Source: Octopus sinensis (taxonomy: Eukaryota). From it: a stretch of DNA of 64,000 bases. Below, piece after piece: positions 49,258-64,000 of this stretch (position 1 is the stretch's first letter; every line of letters starts with the position of its first letter). The translations under genes and the position numbers were made by a program. The DNA lies in NCBI RefSeq assembly GCF_006345805.1, contig NC_043010.1, positions 26,970,001 to 27,034,000 on the forward strand, read 5' to 3'. Below the pieces are notes generated by a model, which was not told the DNA's origin, did not search any database, and saw only the letters and a program-made list of their open reading frames with translations.

Positions 49258-49940
49258 TAATAATATATTCCGAATTTGTGTAAATGTTTATAGAATAATA
49301 TATCAGGTGAATAAGGTTAAAAACATGGACTGGTTTTCATGTTTTTTATTATGGTATTTTAAAAAATTTTTTTTTTTTTATGATGTTGAAGTGTGTTAAA
49401 GATAAAAACAATATTTTGTAATATTCATAAAGTTCAATTAGTGCTTTGATTGTTCGTAGTAATCATCAGATTTCAAATGGGTAGTTAACTGACAGTTGAG
49501 TTCTTGACAACTGTAGTATATATGTCTATGGATGTGCGATTAAAATACTCACTTTGCAGCTATGCGATTTCAGCTTTGACTCTGCTGAGCCCCTCTGAGT
49601 AGGTACTTCTACTGTAGTTTTGAGAGGACTAGTACCCTGTGAAGAAATGTGGGAGACACTGTGCATAACCTTGTCTTTTATATAAGTGTGTATGTATGCA
49701 TGTATGTGTGAGTATGTCCGTGTGTGTATATAGGTGTGTCTTTATGTTGGCACTGCTTCAGGAATGATGCTCTTTGTTTACGTCAGTTTGGGTAGCAGCT
49801 CAACAAAGGAGAGATGTTCAATAAGATAAGCACCAGACTTAAAAATAGTAAGTATCGAAGTTGATACTAAAATTCTTGAGAGCATTGCCCCAGCTTGGTT
49901 GCAGTCCAGTGACTGGAACAAGATAATGAGTGAAAGAATA

Positions 49941-49973
<33 letters not shown>

Positions 49974-50379
49974 ATGTGTGTGTGTGTGCATGTGTGTGTG
50001 TGTATGTGTGTATGAATTTATAATCAATATTTATATACATATTATATACATAATATATACATTAATATATATATATATATATACATTTATATATATGTAA
50101 CTTAACTTAACCATGACCGACCAGGCTATCAGATGTTGCTACACATCGCTGGTCGCAATGCGCTTTGCATTATTTTAGCCTTCAAATGACGCCACCCTGC
50201 TGGCTAAGCGAGCAGGACAACAGAAGAAAGAGTGAGAGATTGCCACCACCCCTGCCGGAGCCTCGGGAGCTTTAGGTGTTTTCACTCAAAAACACTCAAA
50301 ACTCCCGGTCTGGGGTTGAAACCGCAATCCTACAACCGTGAGTCCGCTACCCTGACCATGGGCCATTGTGCATCCACAT

Positions 50380-50550
50380 ATATATATATATATAATATAT
50401 ATATTATATATAGTATATATATTATATATATATATATATATGTTATATGTTATATATATATATGTATATATATATATATGATATATATATATATGTATTA
50501 TATATATATATGTATATATATATATATGTATGTATATATATATAGATATG

Positions 50551-50585
<35 letters not shown>

Positions 50586-50864
50586 GTATATATATGTATA
50601 GATATGTAATATGTATATATATATATATATGTATAATATGTATATATGTATATATATATATATATGATATATATGTATATATGTCTATATATATAATATA
50701 TATATGTAATATATATATATGTTATATATATCTATGTATATATGTATATATGTATATATGTAATATATATATGTATATATGGATATATGTATATATATAT
50801 AAATAGTATATATGTATATATGTATATATATTATATATTGTATATATGTATATATGTATATATG

Positions 50865-50895
<31 letters not shown>

Positions 50896-50969
50896 GATGT
50901 ATATATAATATATGTTATATAGATATATATGTATGTATATATATATATATGTATATATATATATAGTGG

Positions 50970-51002
<33 letters not shown>

Positions 51003-51084
51003 TGTATATATATATATAATATATATAGTCTATATATATATATAGATATGTATATATATATATAATAGTATATATATAGATATG

Positions 51085-51118
<34 letters not shown>

Positions 51119-51164
51119 TATAGGTATATATATATAGGATATATATTGTATATATATTATATGT

Positions 51165-51198
<34 letters not shown>

Positions 51199-51242
51199 GT
51201 ATATTATATATATATATGTCTATATATATATATATTATAATA

Positions 51243-51275
<33 letters not shown>

Positions 51276-51397
51276 GGATTATTATATATATATATATATA
51301 TAATATATGGTAGTATATGTATATATATATTATATATATATGTATATATATGTATATATATGTATATATATTATATATATATATATGTATATATATG

Positions 51398-51428
<31 letters not shown>

Positions 51429-51624
51429 GTAATATATATCTATATATATATGTATTATATATATATATATATATATCTAGATATATGTATATATTATGTA
51501 TTATATATATTGTATATATATTTTATATGTATATATATGTATATATGTTTATAATTTTATATATATATATATGTATAATATGTATATATATGTATATATA
51601 TATGTATATATATATGTATATATA

Positions 51625-51655
<31 letters not shown>

Positions 51656-51809
51656 TATGTATGTTATATATATGTATATATATATGTAGTATATATATAT
51701 GTATGTATATATATATATGTATGTATATATATATGTATATATATATGTATATATATATATGTATATATATATGTAGTATATATATATGTATGTATATATA
51801 TTATGTATG

Positions 51810-51848
<39 letters not shown>

Positions 51849-52575
51849 TGTATATATATATGTATATATGTATGTATATATGTATGTATATATGTATGTA
51901 TATATGTATGTATATATGTATGTATATATGTATGTATATAGTATATATATATGATGTATATATATTAGATGTATGTATATATATATATATTATATATATA
52001 TGTATGTATATATATATGTATGTATATATATATATGTAGTAGATATATATAGATATGTATGTATATATATATGTATGTATGTATATATGATGTATGTATA
52101 TATATATATATATATATGTATGTATATATATATGTATGTATATATATATATATATAGTATGAATATAAATGTATGTATATATATATGTATATGTATGTAT
52201 ATATGTATGTCATATATGTATGTATATATGTTATATATATGTATATAATGTATATGTATCTATATATATATATGTATAGATGTTGTATATATATGTATAT
52301 ATATATGTATATATGTATATATATATATGTATATGTATATATAGTATATATGTATATATATATATTATATATATAAGGTATGTATATATGTTATATATGT
52401 ATATAATATGTATATTATATATGTATATATATATATGTTATATATATGTGTATATATATATGTAATATATATGTATATATATATGTATATATATATATGT
52501 ATATATATATGTATGTATATATGTATATATATATGTATATTGTATTGTATATATATATGGATATGGATATATATA

Positions 52576-52613
<38 letters not shown>

Positions 52614-52910
52614 GTATATATATATGTATATAATATATATGTATATATGTATATATATATATGTTATATATATATGTATATATGTAGGTATATATATATG
52701 TATATATGTATGTATATATATATATTTAATATGTAGGTATATATGTATGTATATATATATATGTATATATGTATGTATATATAAATCCTTAAAAAATGTA
52801 TATGTATATATGTATATATATATGTATGTATATATATTATATATGTATAATATGTATGTATATATATATGTTATGTAATATATATGTAGTATATATATAT
52901 GTATGTATAA
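50380..52910. repeat. About 2.5-kb degenerate (TA)/(TATG) microsatellite; similar tracts at 48725-49260 and 55366-55570
   Basis: Direct inspection; source of all YIYI ORFs. Confidence 0.97.
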
Positions 52911-52997
52911 AATATTTCGAGACAAAACCCTATTTTGCAAAACAAACAAGGAAGACTTAATTAATACATAAAATTTAATAAATAGTCAAAAAAACCG

Positions 52998-53040
52998 CCA
53001 CTACAATCGTTTCTTGTCTTGATCGACAATCTTCAGGTGG
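52998..53040 (-). ncRNA. Minimal type I hammerhead ribozyme, antisense to CFAP99
   Basis: CCAC-CUGAAGA-UUGUC gaucaa GACAA-GAAA-C gauu G-UA-GUGG; all core positions intact, all three stems paired. Confidence 0.8.
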
Positions 53041-53439
53041 ACTTCCAATCTAAAAAATCAATATTTTAAAATATAAAAATAATAATTTTAAAATACTAAT
53101 TAAAGTATGAATGAAAAAAATAAGTATATAATCCATATATAACCTATCTATAATCCATATATAAACAATATATAAACAATATTAAACTAAAAAAACCTAC
53201 AACAATTAAATATAAAATATAAAATTAAAATATAAAATATAAAACAAAACAACAACAAAAAATAATAATAATATAATAATAAACTATATATACACCCATA
53301 CGCATATACCTAATTATATATAACCATATCTAACTACATACACTAAATCACCAAACCTATATATATATCCCTATACATACACATAAAAATGTCTAGGCAA
53401 CTATAAATAAATAAAATAGCTAAATACCTTCAACACCAA

Positions 53440-55265
53440 TACTTATTCATACTCCCACACACACACAATACAACCCACATTCACGCTCTAGAAAACGGGA
53501 CATCACTCAAAACTATGAACGGAGAATGGAATGAAATGAATAATGGAATTAAAAATTATATTCACTTGGTAAAACGAACACTACTTAAAATTATGAATGA
53601 AACAATGCAATAAAACAACAGGACATCGCAAATAGACACAAAATTACTACAAATTCCTTATCAAACCTACCATGATAACCAAAACTCATAAAAACATATA
53701 ATGATAAAATCTCCCTTTACTTAAACTCTATAACAAAACTATATAGCAATCCCCTAACCTAAACATTCACACACAAATACACACACGAAACACACACACC
53801 CACGACATATACAAATACCCACACCACTTGACACATACCAATACATACATATAAACCTCAACATATACTCCAAAAAACCCACTCAACCCCACACAGACAA
53901 ATAAAACACAAAAATTATGAATGGATTCTTTTATAAAACTACCATGATAAAACTAAAATCAAAAAACAGAAATGATTAAAACCTCCCTTTACTAAACACT
54001 AAAACATACTTATATAGCAATTCCTTTTAACAACCAACATTCACACAAAAACCACTCGTAAACCACACACCCATAACAAATACAAACTCCCACCACTCAC
54101 ACAACCAGAAGTACATATAAGCCTCAACATATACCCAAACAAAATTACTTTACCAAGGAACTTAACATATATATAAAAAGTATAACCGCTCTGGAAACGA
54201 ACATCTCTAAATTAATGAATGGAGAAATGGAAATAAAGGGAATTAAAAATAAAATTCACGTGGCAAAACGAACACCACTCAAAAATTATGAATGAAACAA
54301 TTATAATAAAACAACTAACATCGAAAATAGACAAATTACTACGATTCCCTAAAAAAAACCATGATAAACCAAAACTCTTAAAAAACATATTAACGATAAA
54401 TCTCCCTTTGCTAAACTCTATAACAAACCTATATAGTAATCCCCCTAACCTCAACATTCACACACAATCACACACGTAAACCACAGACCCACGACTTATA
54501 CACATACCTAAACTAACTTATTAAAACCTCCATATACACCAAAAACCCACTCATCCCACACAGACAAAGTAAACTCATACAGACAAGACCTAAAGAACAA
54601 ACCCATATACACATTCACACACAACACACACACACACAAAACACACACACACAACAGATACATATACTCCCTCACATATACGCATATACATACTCACTAA
54701 ACTCAATATATACAACATATTTACAACCCACACTCATACAGATAAATAAATTATACAACTAAAAAACTCGCACACAATCTCATATACATAAACACTCCTA
54801 TGAAAAAAAAATTAAATACATCGTAATAACCAGAATATCAAAATAACAATATGACATAAAGGTAAATAAATACATACTTACAATTCAGTGTCAAATTATG
54901 AAGTGAAATTAATTCTTAGCCGTTAAAAATCAAACCAAAAAATTACGTACCATAGAAAAAACTATGTAAAACAAGACTAACAAACAAATTGCAAAAACCC
55001 AACCCATTCTCTATGCCTTCCTCACTACTACACTATCCATTCACATTCAAACAACGCTAGTCCACCTCCCGGTTATTCACGTGACAAAACGACACCACTC
55101 AAAAATTATGAATGAAACAATGTAATAAAACCAAACAACATCGAAAATAGACAATTACCACGAATTCCCTAAAAAAAAACATGATAAACCAAAACTCCTA
55201 AAACATATAACGATAAATCTCCCTTTACAAAACTCTATAACAAACCTATATAGCAATCTCCCTAA
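53440..55265. repeat. Four indel-rich copies of an A/C-rich unit next to the gap
   Basis: Block catcgaaaatagacaaattac...ctccctttactaaactctataacaaacctatatag recurs at about 53620, 53940 (partial), 54320 and 55140. Confidence 0.75.
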
Positions 55266-55365
55266 NNNNNNNNNNNNNNNNNNNNNNNNNNNNNNNNNNN
55301 NNNNNNNNNNNNNNNNNNNNNNNNNNNNNNNNNNNNNNNNNNNNNNNNNNNNNNNNNNNNNNNNN
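55266..55365. other. Assembly gap (100 N)
   Basis: Run of n; the true size is unknown. Confidence 0.99.
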
Positions 55366-55387
55366 TATATATATATGTATATATATA

Positions 55388-55419
<32 letters not shown>

Positions 55420-55510
55420 GTATATATGTATATATATTATGTATATATATATATATATGTATATATATATGTATATATATATGTATATATATGTATATAT
55501 ATATGTTATA

Positions 55511-55571
<61 letters not shown>

Positions 55572-57996
55572 ATATTTGTTTAGTTATAATTGATTTGAAT
55601 TAATCATGCATTATCTTTATTGTTTAGGATTTTAGTGATGTGATTTTTTAGTTTTAGAATGACATGGTAGGGCTGAGGTGAGATGCGAGATCTGGTCAGT
55701 TTCAATATAAAACAGGTTAAATATTTTGGCCAGATATGGCCGGTTTGAATGCTAAAGGCTTAAAATCGTCTAAATCAAAAATATCATATTAATTTTCCAA
55801 ACGCCAGCTTAATAATTACAAGTTATTTTACTAAATTCTTTATTACTTTTAAAATTAATTGAAACAATTTTTTTTTTTAATAATAAAAAAAAAGATAACA
55901 ACAGGGTTAAAGGGATATTTATTTATACCAATGTATCACTGGTACTGACTTTCTTGGCTCCAGAATGATGAAATGCAAAATCAATCCCCAATAAGATTAT
56001 TTGGACTCCAAACAGAAAGAGATGAAACTGAGCACTATAAGGGCATTTAGTACAGAGCTCAGACCCACCCACCACAACAGAATTAAGATCTTGAAAACAA
56101 GGTGCTACGTAAAAAGCATTGATGTGGGTGCTGGTGCCACATACAAAGCTCTCAGTACACTCTGTAAAGTGGTTGGCATTTAAGAAAGGCATCCAGCTGT
56201 AAAATCCAAGCCAAAACAGAATATGGAATCTGGTGCAGCCCCTGGTCTAGCTAGTTTCTGTCAAACCATCCAACTCATGCCAGCATGGAAAATGGATCTT
56301 AAACGATGATGATGATAACTGGACCATGAGTATTGTTACGTTCTGAAGTGGATTAATGGATTTAGTGGGTTGGTACTGAGCATCTTCCTGGTTCAGTTCT
56401 CCTGAACATAACCAAAACAATGAGCTCTGTACTAAATGCTTTGTAGTGGGTTTTTTTTTCACCTTTCTCTCTATGGAGTTTAAATTTTAGTGGACATCGG
56501 TTTGGTATTTCATTATTCTGGAGCTAGGAAAATACCAGTGATATATTGGTAGCCTTCCATTGAAGGCCAGTCTAAATGAGCAGTGAACATAATGAAAGTT
56601 TTACTGGTGCTTCCACACCAAAAGAACACAGTTATTTTCATGAGACACAGAAAGTATAAAAATTTCATTTAAAAATATTTGAATCCCAATAGGTATTATA
56701 AAAAAATTACAAATATTCTTGAAGAGAATATTGGTGTGGTTGTGTAGTTGAGAAGCTTGCTCCTCAGAAACTGGACTCTGGTTAAGTCCCCACTGCATGG
56801 CACCTTCTATTGTAGCCCTAGGATAATCAGAACCTTGTAAATTGGATTTGGTAGACAGAAACTGGAGGAAGCCCATCGTATGCGTGTGTACCTTTGTCTA
56901 AACATGATAGTTGTAAATGAGCATTGTGATCATACAAGCAATGTTATTTTCCAGTCCTCCATGATAAATGTGTCTGGCCATGGAAAATATGTTGCTTGGA
57001 AACATGTGAGGGTTAATGACAGGAAGGATGTCTGGTTGTAGGAAATCTGCATCAGTGAATTTTGTCAGACCCATGCAGGCATGAGAAAGTAGATTTTCTT
57101 GGTAAAAACTGTATAGAATTTTGTTGTGTGTGTGTAATATGTATATATATTAAAGCATCGAACTCACAATCATGAGATAGTAAGTACGATTTCTGGACTG
57201 TTCTGTGTGTTGTGTTCTTGAGCAAGATGCTTTATTTTCACATTTCTCTAGTTCACTCAGCTGTGGAAATGAGTTGCGATGTCACTGGTGCCAAGGCTGC
57301 ATCAGCCTTTGACTTTCCCTTGGATAACATCAGTGGTGTGGAGAAGTGAGGCTGGTATGCATGAGCGACTGCTGGTCTTCCACAAACAACCTTGCCTGGG
57401 CTTGTGCCTTGGAGGGTAACTTTCTAAGTACAATCCCATGGTCATTCATGACCAAAGGGAGTTTTTACTCTTTGCCAGCCTTGCCTGGCCCCCGTGCCGG
57501 TGGCACATAAAAAGCACCATCTGATTGTGGCCGTTTGCCAGCCTCGTCTGGCACCTGTGCCGGTGGCACGTAAAAAGCACCCACTACACTCACGGAGTGG
57601 TTGGCGTTAGGACCTGAGGTTAAACAACTGAATACACTTTATCCAGATTAAAGACAGGATGGTCATGGCTGGAACATCTTTGATCATAGGTCTGCTCAGT
57701 CAGAGCTGATGTGAGAGATAAACAATGAAGGACATTTTGGATAGCTATAACTGAATAAAAGGTGGGGTGGTCATTGTTGGATCATGTTTAATCAGAGCTG
57801 GAATTTGCAACTTTCTTTATGAAACTTAAATAGAAATGGTAGCATTATAAGGCAGAATGTTAGCAGAATCGGTTGAACATCGGAAAAGAACCATCCATTC
57901 ATTTTCATTGCCCACTGTTCCTGTGAAGATTGGGTGAGTAGAGTCCTCATGTCCTTCTTTTGTAAGGTCCTATCAGAATCAACTGTTATTAAACAT

Positions 57997-58168
57997 AGGC
58001 GCAGGAGTGACTGTGTGGTAAGTAGCTTGCTTACCAACCACATGGTTCCGAGTTCAGTCCCACTGTGTGACAACTTAGGCAAGTGTCTTCTACTATAGCC
58101 TCGGGCTGACCAAAGGCCTTGTGAGTGGATTTGGTAGACGGAAACTGAAAGAAGCCTGTTGTATATAT

Positions 58169-58215
<47 letters not shown>

Positions 58216-58424
58216 TGTGTGTGTGTGTTTTTGTCTGTGTTTGTCCTGCCAATATCGATGACAACTGATGCTGGTGTTTACGTCCCCGTAACTTAGTGGT
58301 TCAGCAAAAAGAGACCGATAGAATAAGTACTAAGCTTACAAAGAATAAGTCCTGGGGTCAATTTGCTCAATTTGGTGCTCCAGCATGGCCGCAGTCAAAT
58401 GACTGAAACGAATAAAAGAATAAA
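57997..58424 (+). mobile_element. Complete S1 SINE copy
   Basis: ggcgcaggagtgactgtgtggtaagtagcttgc head, B-box-like gagttcagtcc, internal TA/TG array, tail gactgaaacgaataaaagaataaa. Confidence 0.85.
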
Positions 58425-59969
58425 CTGTCCTTCTGGATTCCTTAGCATGACCAGCAGAGATCATTAGATATTGTCCAAGCATCTTGTTCTTGGTCTCCTC
58501 TTATGTCTCCTGCCACTTGGCTCAGCTTGAAGAATCCATCTTGCGACCCTTTCCTGTGGCATTCTAACCCATATTTCATAGTACCTAAGCTGTTACCTCT
58601 CAATGCAGAAAAGTGATGGCTCAACCTACTCTTTACCTGCTAAGGTTGACTTTGCCTTTCATTACTTCAGGGTAGATAACATAAAATACCAGTCATGTAT
58701 TGGGGAAAGGATACAACTAACCCCCACTACCACCACCACCACCCTCTAAAATTGCTGGCCTTGTGTCTCAATCAAAAAAATTTCATGTGGATACTCATCA
58801 TCATCATCATCATTGTTTAACGTCTGCTTTCCATGCTGGCATGGGTTAGATGGTTTGACTGAGGACTGGCGAGCCAGGAGGCTGCATCAGGCGCCAATCT
58901 GATCTGGCAGTGTTTCTACAGCTGGATGCCCTTCCTAACGCCAACCACTCCGAAAGTGTACTGGGTGCTTTTTATGCGCCACTGGCACAGGAGCCAGTCA
59001 GGTGGCACTGTGCCAGTGGCCATGTTCGGATGGTTGGTGCTTTTATATGTGTTACCAGCACAGGAGCCAGTCAGGGAGGTGGGGGGCTGGCATCGACTAC
59101 CTTTAGATGGTGCTTTTTATGTGCCACCGGTACAGGGAGCCAGTCAGGTGACACTGACGATGACCCATGCTTCTCAACCACACCTACTATCACCCCACTG
59201 GTCCATTGTTGATTATGATGACAAAGGTTCCAGTTGATCCGATCAATGGAACAGCTTGCTTGTGAAATTAACATGTAAGTGGCTGAGTATTCCACAGATG
59301 CATATAATGTTAATGTAGTTCTCAGGGAGATTCAGCTTGACACAGAATGCAACATAGCTGACCCCCTTTGAATTACAGGTACAACTAATTTTTGTCAGCT
59401 GAGTTGACTGGAGTAACATGGAATAAAGTGTCTTGCTCAAGAACACAATGCATCACCAGGAATTGAACTCACAACTTTACAATCATGAGCTGATTACGCT
59501 AACCACTAAGCTATGTGTCTTCATTTTCACCCTACACCACTAAAACCACGATCACTGACATCTCCACCACTAAACATTACCCTAACCACCTCCTCCACTA
59601 CCATCACCTCCACCATCACCTCTTCTGCCACTACCATCATCACCTCCACCACCATCATCACCTCCACCACCACCATCACCTCCACCTCCACCATCACCTC
59701 CACCATCACCACCACAATCACCTCTTCTACCACCACCATCATCACCTAGTCTACTACTATCATCTTCACCTTCATCACTTCCACCACCACCATCATCACC
59801 TCCTCCACCATCACCATCTCTGCAGTTTAATCATTGCATTTCATCTGGTCTTTATTCTTTTTTTTTGTTTTTTTTTTTTTTTGGTTCTCTTCTTTCTCTT
59901 CTGCTCGTCCCTTTTGTCTTTCTCTCCGTTTCTTCAAATTTTTTTCTTTCTGTTCTTTCTTCTCTGCAG

Positions 59970-60166
59970 TGCAGGATGTGCAGCGAGGCAAACAAGAGCT
60001 GAATGCAGCTGCCCTGGAGAATGCTACAATAGAGATGGAGAAGAGACTTGAGATCATCGATCGCATCCGTGTGTTGACGGCCACACAACAGTATCACAAC
60101 ACCAAGCTGTTTGACACCACAGAGACTTCCGGATTAGGGTTACTCAGTGAAATGTCCCTGGCTGAG
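59970..60166 (+). CDS. CFAP99: CFAP99-like exon F (QDVQRGKQELNAAALENATIEMEKRLEIIDRIRVLTATQQYHNTKLFDTTETSGLGLLSEMSLAE)
   Basis: Long T/C tract ending ctctgcag; G+TG completes Val; donor GAG|gtaggt; carries the GLLSEMSLAE motif. Confidence 0.9.
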
Positions 60167-61226
60167 GTAGGTCATTGTTTTTCTTCTTTTTGGTGATGGG
60201 ACGGGGAGGGGTTAGAAAGTGGTGGTGGTGGTGGATGATGGTGGGTGGTGGCAGTGTGGTTGATGGTGGTGGATGGCGGTGGTGGTGGTGGTGATTGGTG
60301 GTGGATGGTGGTGGTGGATGGTGGTGGTGCTGGCAGTGGTGGTGGTTGTTAGGGATAAGACAACTAATGGGGGTTTTTTTGTAGCAGTTTAACATTTTAA
60401 TACATGAGAAATCACGCCAAGCTAAGTAAAAACGTGGTGGTCCTTGCATACTGGCTTGTTCCCTGCATCTCTCTCCAGCTGAGCATTCCTAATCTTGTGG
60501 GCCGGTGGGAGCTGGTGCCCCATAAATACACCCAAGCTGGTGCTATGTAAAAGCACACACTCAGCACACTCTGTAAAGTGGTTGGTTTTAGGAAGAGCAT
60601 CCAGCCATAGAAACCAAGCCTAAATAGACATGGAATCTGGACAGCTCTTCAGTTGACCAGGCTCCTGTCAAACCATCCAACCCATGCACACATGGAAAAT
60701 GGACATTAAACTATGATGATAGTGATAATGATGATGATGATGACAAACATGGTATTGAACCTTTCATGTTCCTGGAACATTAGTCTCTCTTTCATGTGTG
60801 CATACCTGCTTGGGTTTGCTTTTTGTTTTTTGTCTAATGGACAGTTTTGTCTTTTGCCAATTGTTATAATACTAGTAGTATCGCCTGGCCTTGCTCGGGT
60901 TTGTTTCGACCCTTTATATATTTAAATTTTGCATTATGTAGCTTGTTATTCTCTTTAAGTGAACATTTTTCTGGTTGAAATACACTGAAAAATGGCGACA
61001 CAGCAGTCAAAAAATAGGGATTTCCATAGAAAAAAAGCACCTTTTTGATGTAAATAATTTTTGGTGTTAACATGGTCCGATTTGAATTTTTTCTTCAACG
61101 GAAGGAAGAGCAAGCCTTCTTCTATCATACTCTCAAATTTGGTAAACTTGCACCACAGGGTCTCAGAGGAGATAGTGTTAGTTGAAGGCTACCATACATG
61201 CTATACACAGACAACTTCAGCTTTAT

Positions 61227-61227
<1 letters not shown>

Positions 61228-61259
<32 letters not shown>

Positions 61260-64000
61260 GTTTAACGTCCGTTTTCCCGCGCTAGCACGGGTTGGATGGT
61301 TCGACCGGAGTCTGGGAAGCCAGGGGCTGCACCAGGCTCCAGTCTGATCTGGCAGTGTTTCTACAGCTGGATGCCCTTCCTAATGCCAACCACTCTGAAA
61401 GTGTAGTGGGTGCTTTTTACGTGCCACCGGCACAGGTGCAAGGGGAGTCTGGCAGCGGCCACAATCAGTTGGTGCTTTTAACGTGCCACCGGCACAGGTA
61501 TCACAACTACTATTTCCATTGATATTTATTTCGATGTTCATGTACTTGACTCAATAGGTCTCCTCAAGCACAGCGGGATGTTCTGAAATCCAAGGTACTT
61601 TGAATGGGGAGGGGCTATGCGGAACTGGTGCAGGAAGCAGCCCGGGTATTTGCAGTCACAGTGTATCTCCAGAGATCTCGGTCCTTCGTCATTGCCTCTG
61701 TGAGGCCCAACGCTCTGAGGTCATGCTTGACTACCTCATCCCATGTCTTCCTAGGTCTACCTCTCCCCCTGATATCTTCAACTGTTTGGGAGCGGCACGT
61801 CTTCACACATCTCTCCTCATCCATCCGCAGTACATGACCATACCATCGCAAGCGTCGCTCTTGCACACCACATCTGATGCTTCTTATGTCCAGCATTTCT
61901 GTCAGGGTGCTTACCCTCTGTCATGCATGCACACTGACATTACACATCCAGCGAATCCTGCTAGCTTCATTTCTTTCAAGTCTACGCATGTCCTCTGCAG
62001 TCACAGCCCATGTTTCACTACCGTGAAGCATGGCAGTTCGCACACATGCGTCATACAATCTACCTTTCACTCTGAGCGAGAGACCCTTTGTCGCCAGTAG
62101 GGGTAGGAGCTTTCTAAACTTCGTCCGGGCTATTCGTATTCTAGTGATGACACTCTCTGAGCATCCACCTCCACCACTAACTTGGTCACCCAGGTAGCAG
62201 AAACTATCAACTACTTCTAGTTTCTCCCCCTGGAGTGTAATGGAATCTGTTTTCTGGGTATCTGTGGTGTCTATTGTCCCTGTGCATCTGCCGCACATGA
62301 AAGCTATCTTATCAGTTAATTTCCCTTTGATATTGCTGCACCTCTTATGCGTCCATAGCTTACACTGGGTACATCTTATGGAGTTTCTACTTACACCTTT
62401 CCTACAGATCGAGCAGGGCCACCTGCCCGAGGGGTGTGTGTGCTGAGTTCGCCTTTCTGCTTACTATAACTTTGGTCTTTGCTACATTTACTCTAAGGCC
62501 TTTTGATTCTAACCCTTGCTTCCACACCCAAAATTTCTTTTCTAGTTCCGGTAGTGATTCTGCTATGACAGCCAGGTCATCAGCATAGAGGAGCTCCCAG
62601 AGGCAACCTGTTTTGAATTCCTCTGTTATTGCCTGGAGGACTATGATGAATAAAAGGGGACTGAGGGCTGAGCCTTGGTGTACACCTACTTCTACACGGA
62701 ATTCTTCACTATATTCGTTGCCAATCCTAACCTTGCTGACAGCCTCTCTGTATAGGGCCTGTACAGCCCTTATTAGCCATTCGTCAATCTCCAGTTTCCG
62801 CATCGACCACCAGATAAGGGATCGGGGAACCCTGTCAAAGGCTTTTTCCAAGTCCACAAAAGCTACATAGAGGGGTTTTTCTTTAGCTAGGTACTTCTCC
62901 TGCAGTTGTTGAACCAGGAATATAGCATCAGTGGTGCTTCTACCCGGCACAAAACCGAACTGCATCTCATCTAAGCAAATTCTCTCCCTAATGAGATGGG
63001 TTATGACCCTCTCTGTGACCTTCATCACCTGATCCAACAGTTTAATACTCCTGTAGTTAGTTCTATCTAGAGCATCACCCTTACCCTTGTAGCAGTTGAC
63101 TATGGTGCTGCTACGCTGAACTACGGTGCTGAACTACCTGGTTTACAATGCGGGTGACTAGGCCATAGCCCACATAACCAGCTGTTTTAAGCATCTCAGC
63201 AGTGATTCCTGATGGGCCAGGGGCTTTACCTGGTTTCATACTCTTAATTGCCTTAACTACAAGGGAGCTGTCTATTCAGATAACTGGTCCCTCTACTGGG
63301 TCAACATTTGGCAGGCTCTCCTCCTCCCATTCATTCTCCACATTCAGCAGTCTTTCATAATGGTTTCTCCAAGCCTCTTTCTTTTCACCATCATTAAAAG
63401 CAAGTGCCCCATCATCCATGCAGACACATTTCTCTCCTGTAACATCACTATTTTCTCTCACACACTGTCTAGCAATCCGAAATACCTCAGTTCTTTGGTC
63501 CTCACATCGCTGGACATTGGCAAACTTCTTCTTTTCTGCTACATCTTTGGCTATGTATACCTGCCGCCCAGCCTCCCTTTTGGCTACTTGGTACAGTTCC
63601 TTGCTACCCCCACCCCTCCAGGCCTGTTTCTTTGCACTAATGGCTTTGTCTACTGTACTATTCCACCACCACGTAACTCTAGGTCTGGAAGAGACTTTGC
63701 ACCATCCACAGACTTGGTCTGTGGCACTCAGCAAGCTGTCCCGTAGGAATTTCCAGCTACCTTCTATGTCCGACGTCTGTAGCTCCTCCTCCCTCTCATC
63801 AAATTTCTTGATGAGGATGTCCCTAAATCTCTGACCATGTGAAGGGTTCTTTAGCTTCCAAATCCTTCTTTTCTGGATTGGTCTGTTTCTTGGAATCCTT
63901 CTGGCCTCAAGCCTAAAGTCACTAATGATTAGCCTATGCTGAGGGGTACATTCTTCACCCGGGAGGGTCTTTGTATCTAAGAGCAACCCTGCATCCCGTA
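61228..64000 (-). mobile_element. Longest RTE LINE copy: tail, UTR, RT with PHD segment, linker and end of APE; runs off the window edge
   Basis: Minus ORFs 63276-63986 (PGEECTPQHRL, APE end), 62402-63037 (FVDLEKAFDRVP, QGSALSPLLF, YADD) and 61615-61896; frameshifted. Confidence 0.95.

Noticed and set aside
48825-52949. Many YIYI/ICIY/HTHT ORFs here and throughout the ORF track
   Set aside because: Translations of TA/TG/CA microsatellites, which lack stops by construction.

Overview
AT-rich, microsatellite- and transposon-dense animal genomic DNA. The repeat landscape (RTE LINEs with (GAT)n tails, three tRNA-headed SINE families, long TA/GATA/CAT arrays) looks like an octopus; this is inference from recalled repeat families, not a database hit. 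Most of the window lies inside one + strand gene. Six GT-AG exons (11434-11586, 26732-26817, 33479-33683, 35682-35740, 40979-41061, 59970-60166) splice with consistent phases into a stop-free 261-codon coiled-coil ORF that I recognise as the middle/C-terminal part of CFAP99; its ends were not found in the window. The introns and flanks hold RTE LINEs of two subfamilies, a young CR1-like LINE, a DD36E Tc1 element, a deleted mariner, piggyBac-type MITEs, SINEs, several fold-back elements and a 100-N assembly gap. The most unexpected signal is a set of about eleven minimal type I hammerhead-ribozyme motifs, plus several dead copies, in Penelope-like or fold-back repeats. Five of them lie in the sense orientation within a single 6.66-kb CFAP99 intron, including a pair that would excise a 380-nt RNA. 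Also notable: a C4HC3 PHD finger inside the reverse transcriptase of the dominant RTE family, and a tRNA-headed element with a hammerhead-type tail. No rRNA, genuine tRNA or CRISPR array was found. All ribozyme folds were done by eye and none was tested.
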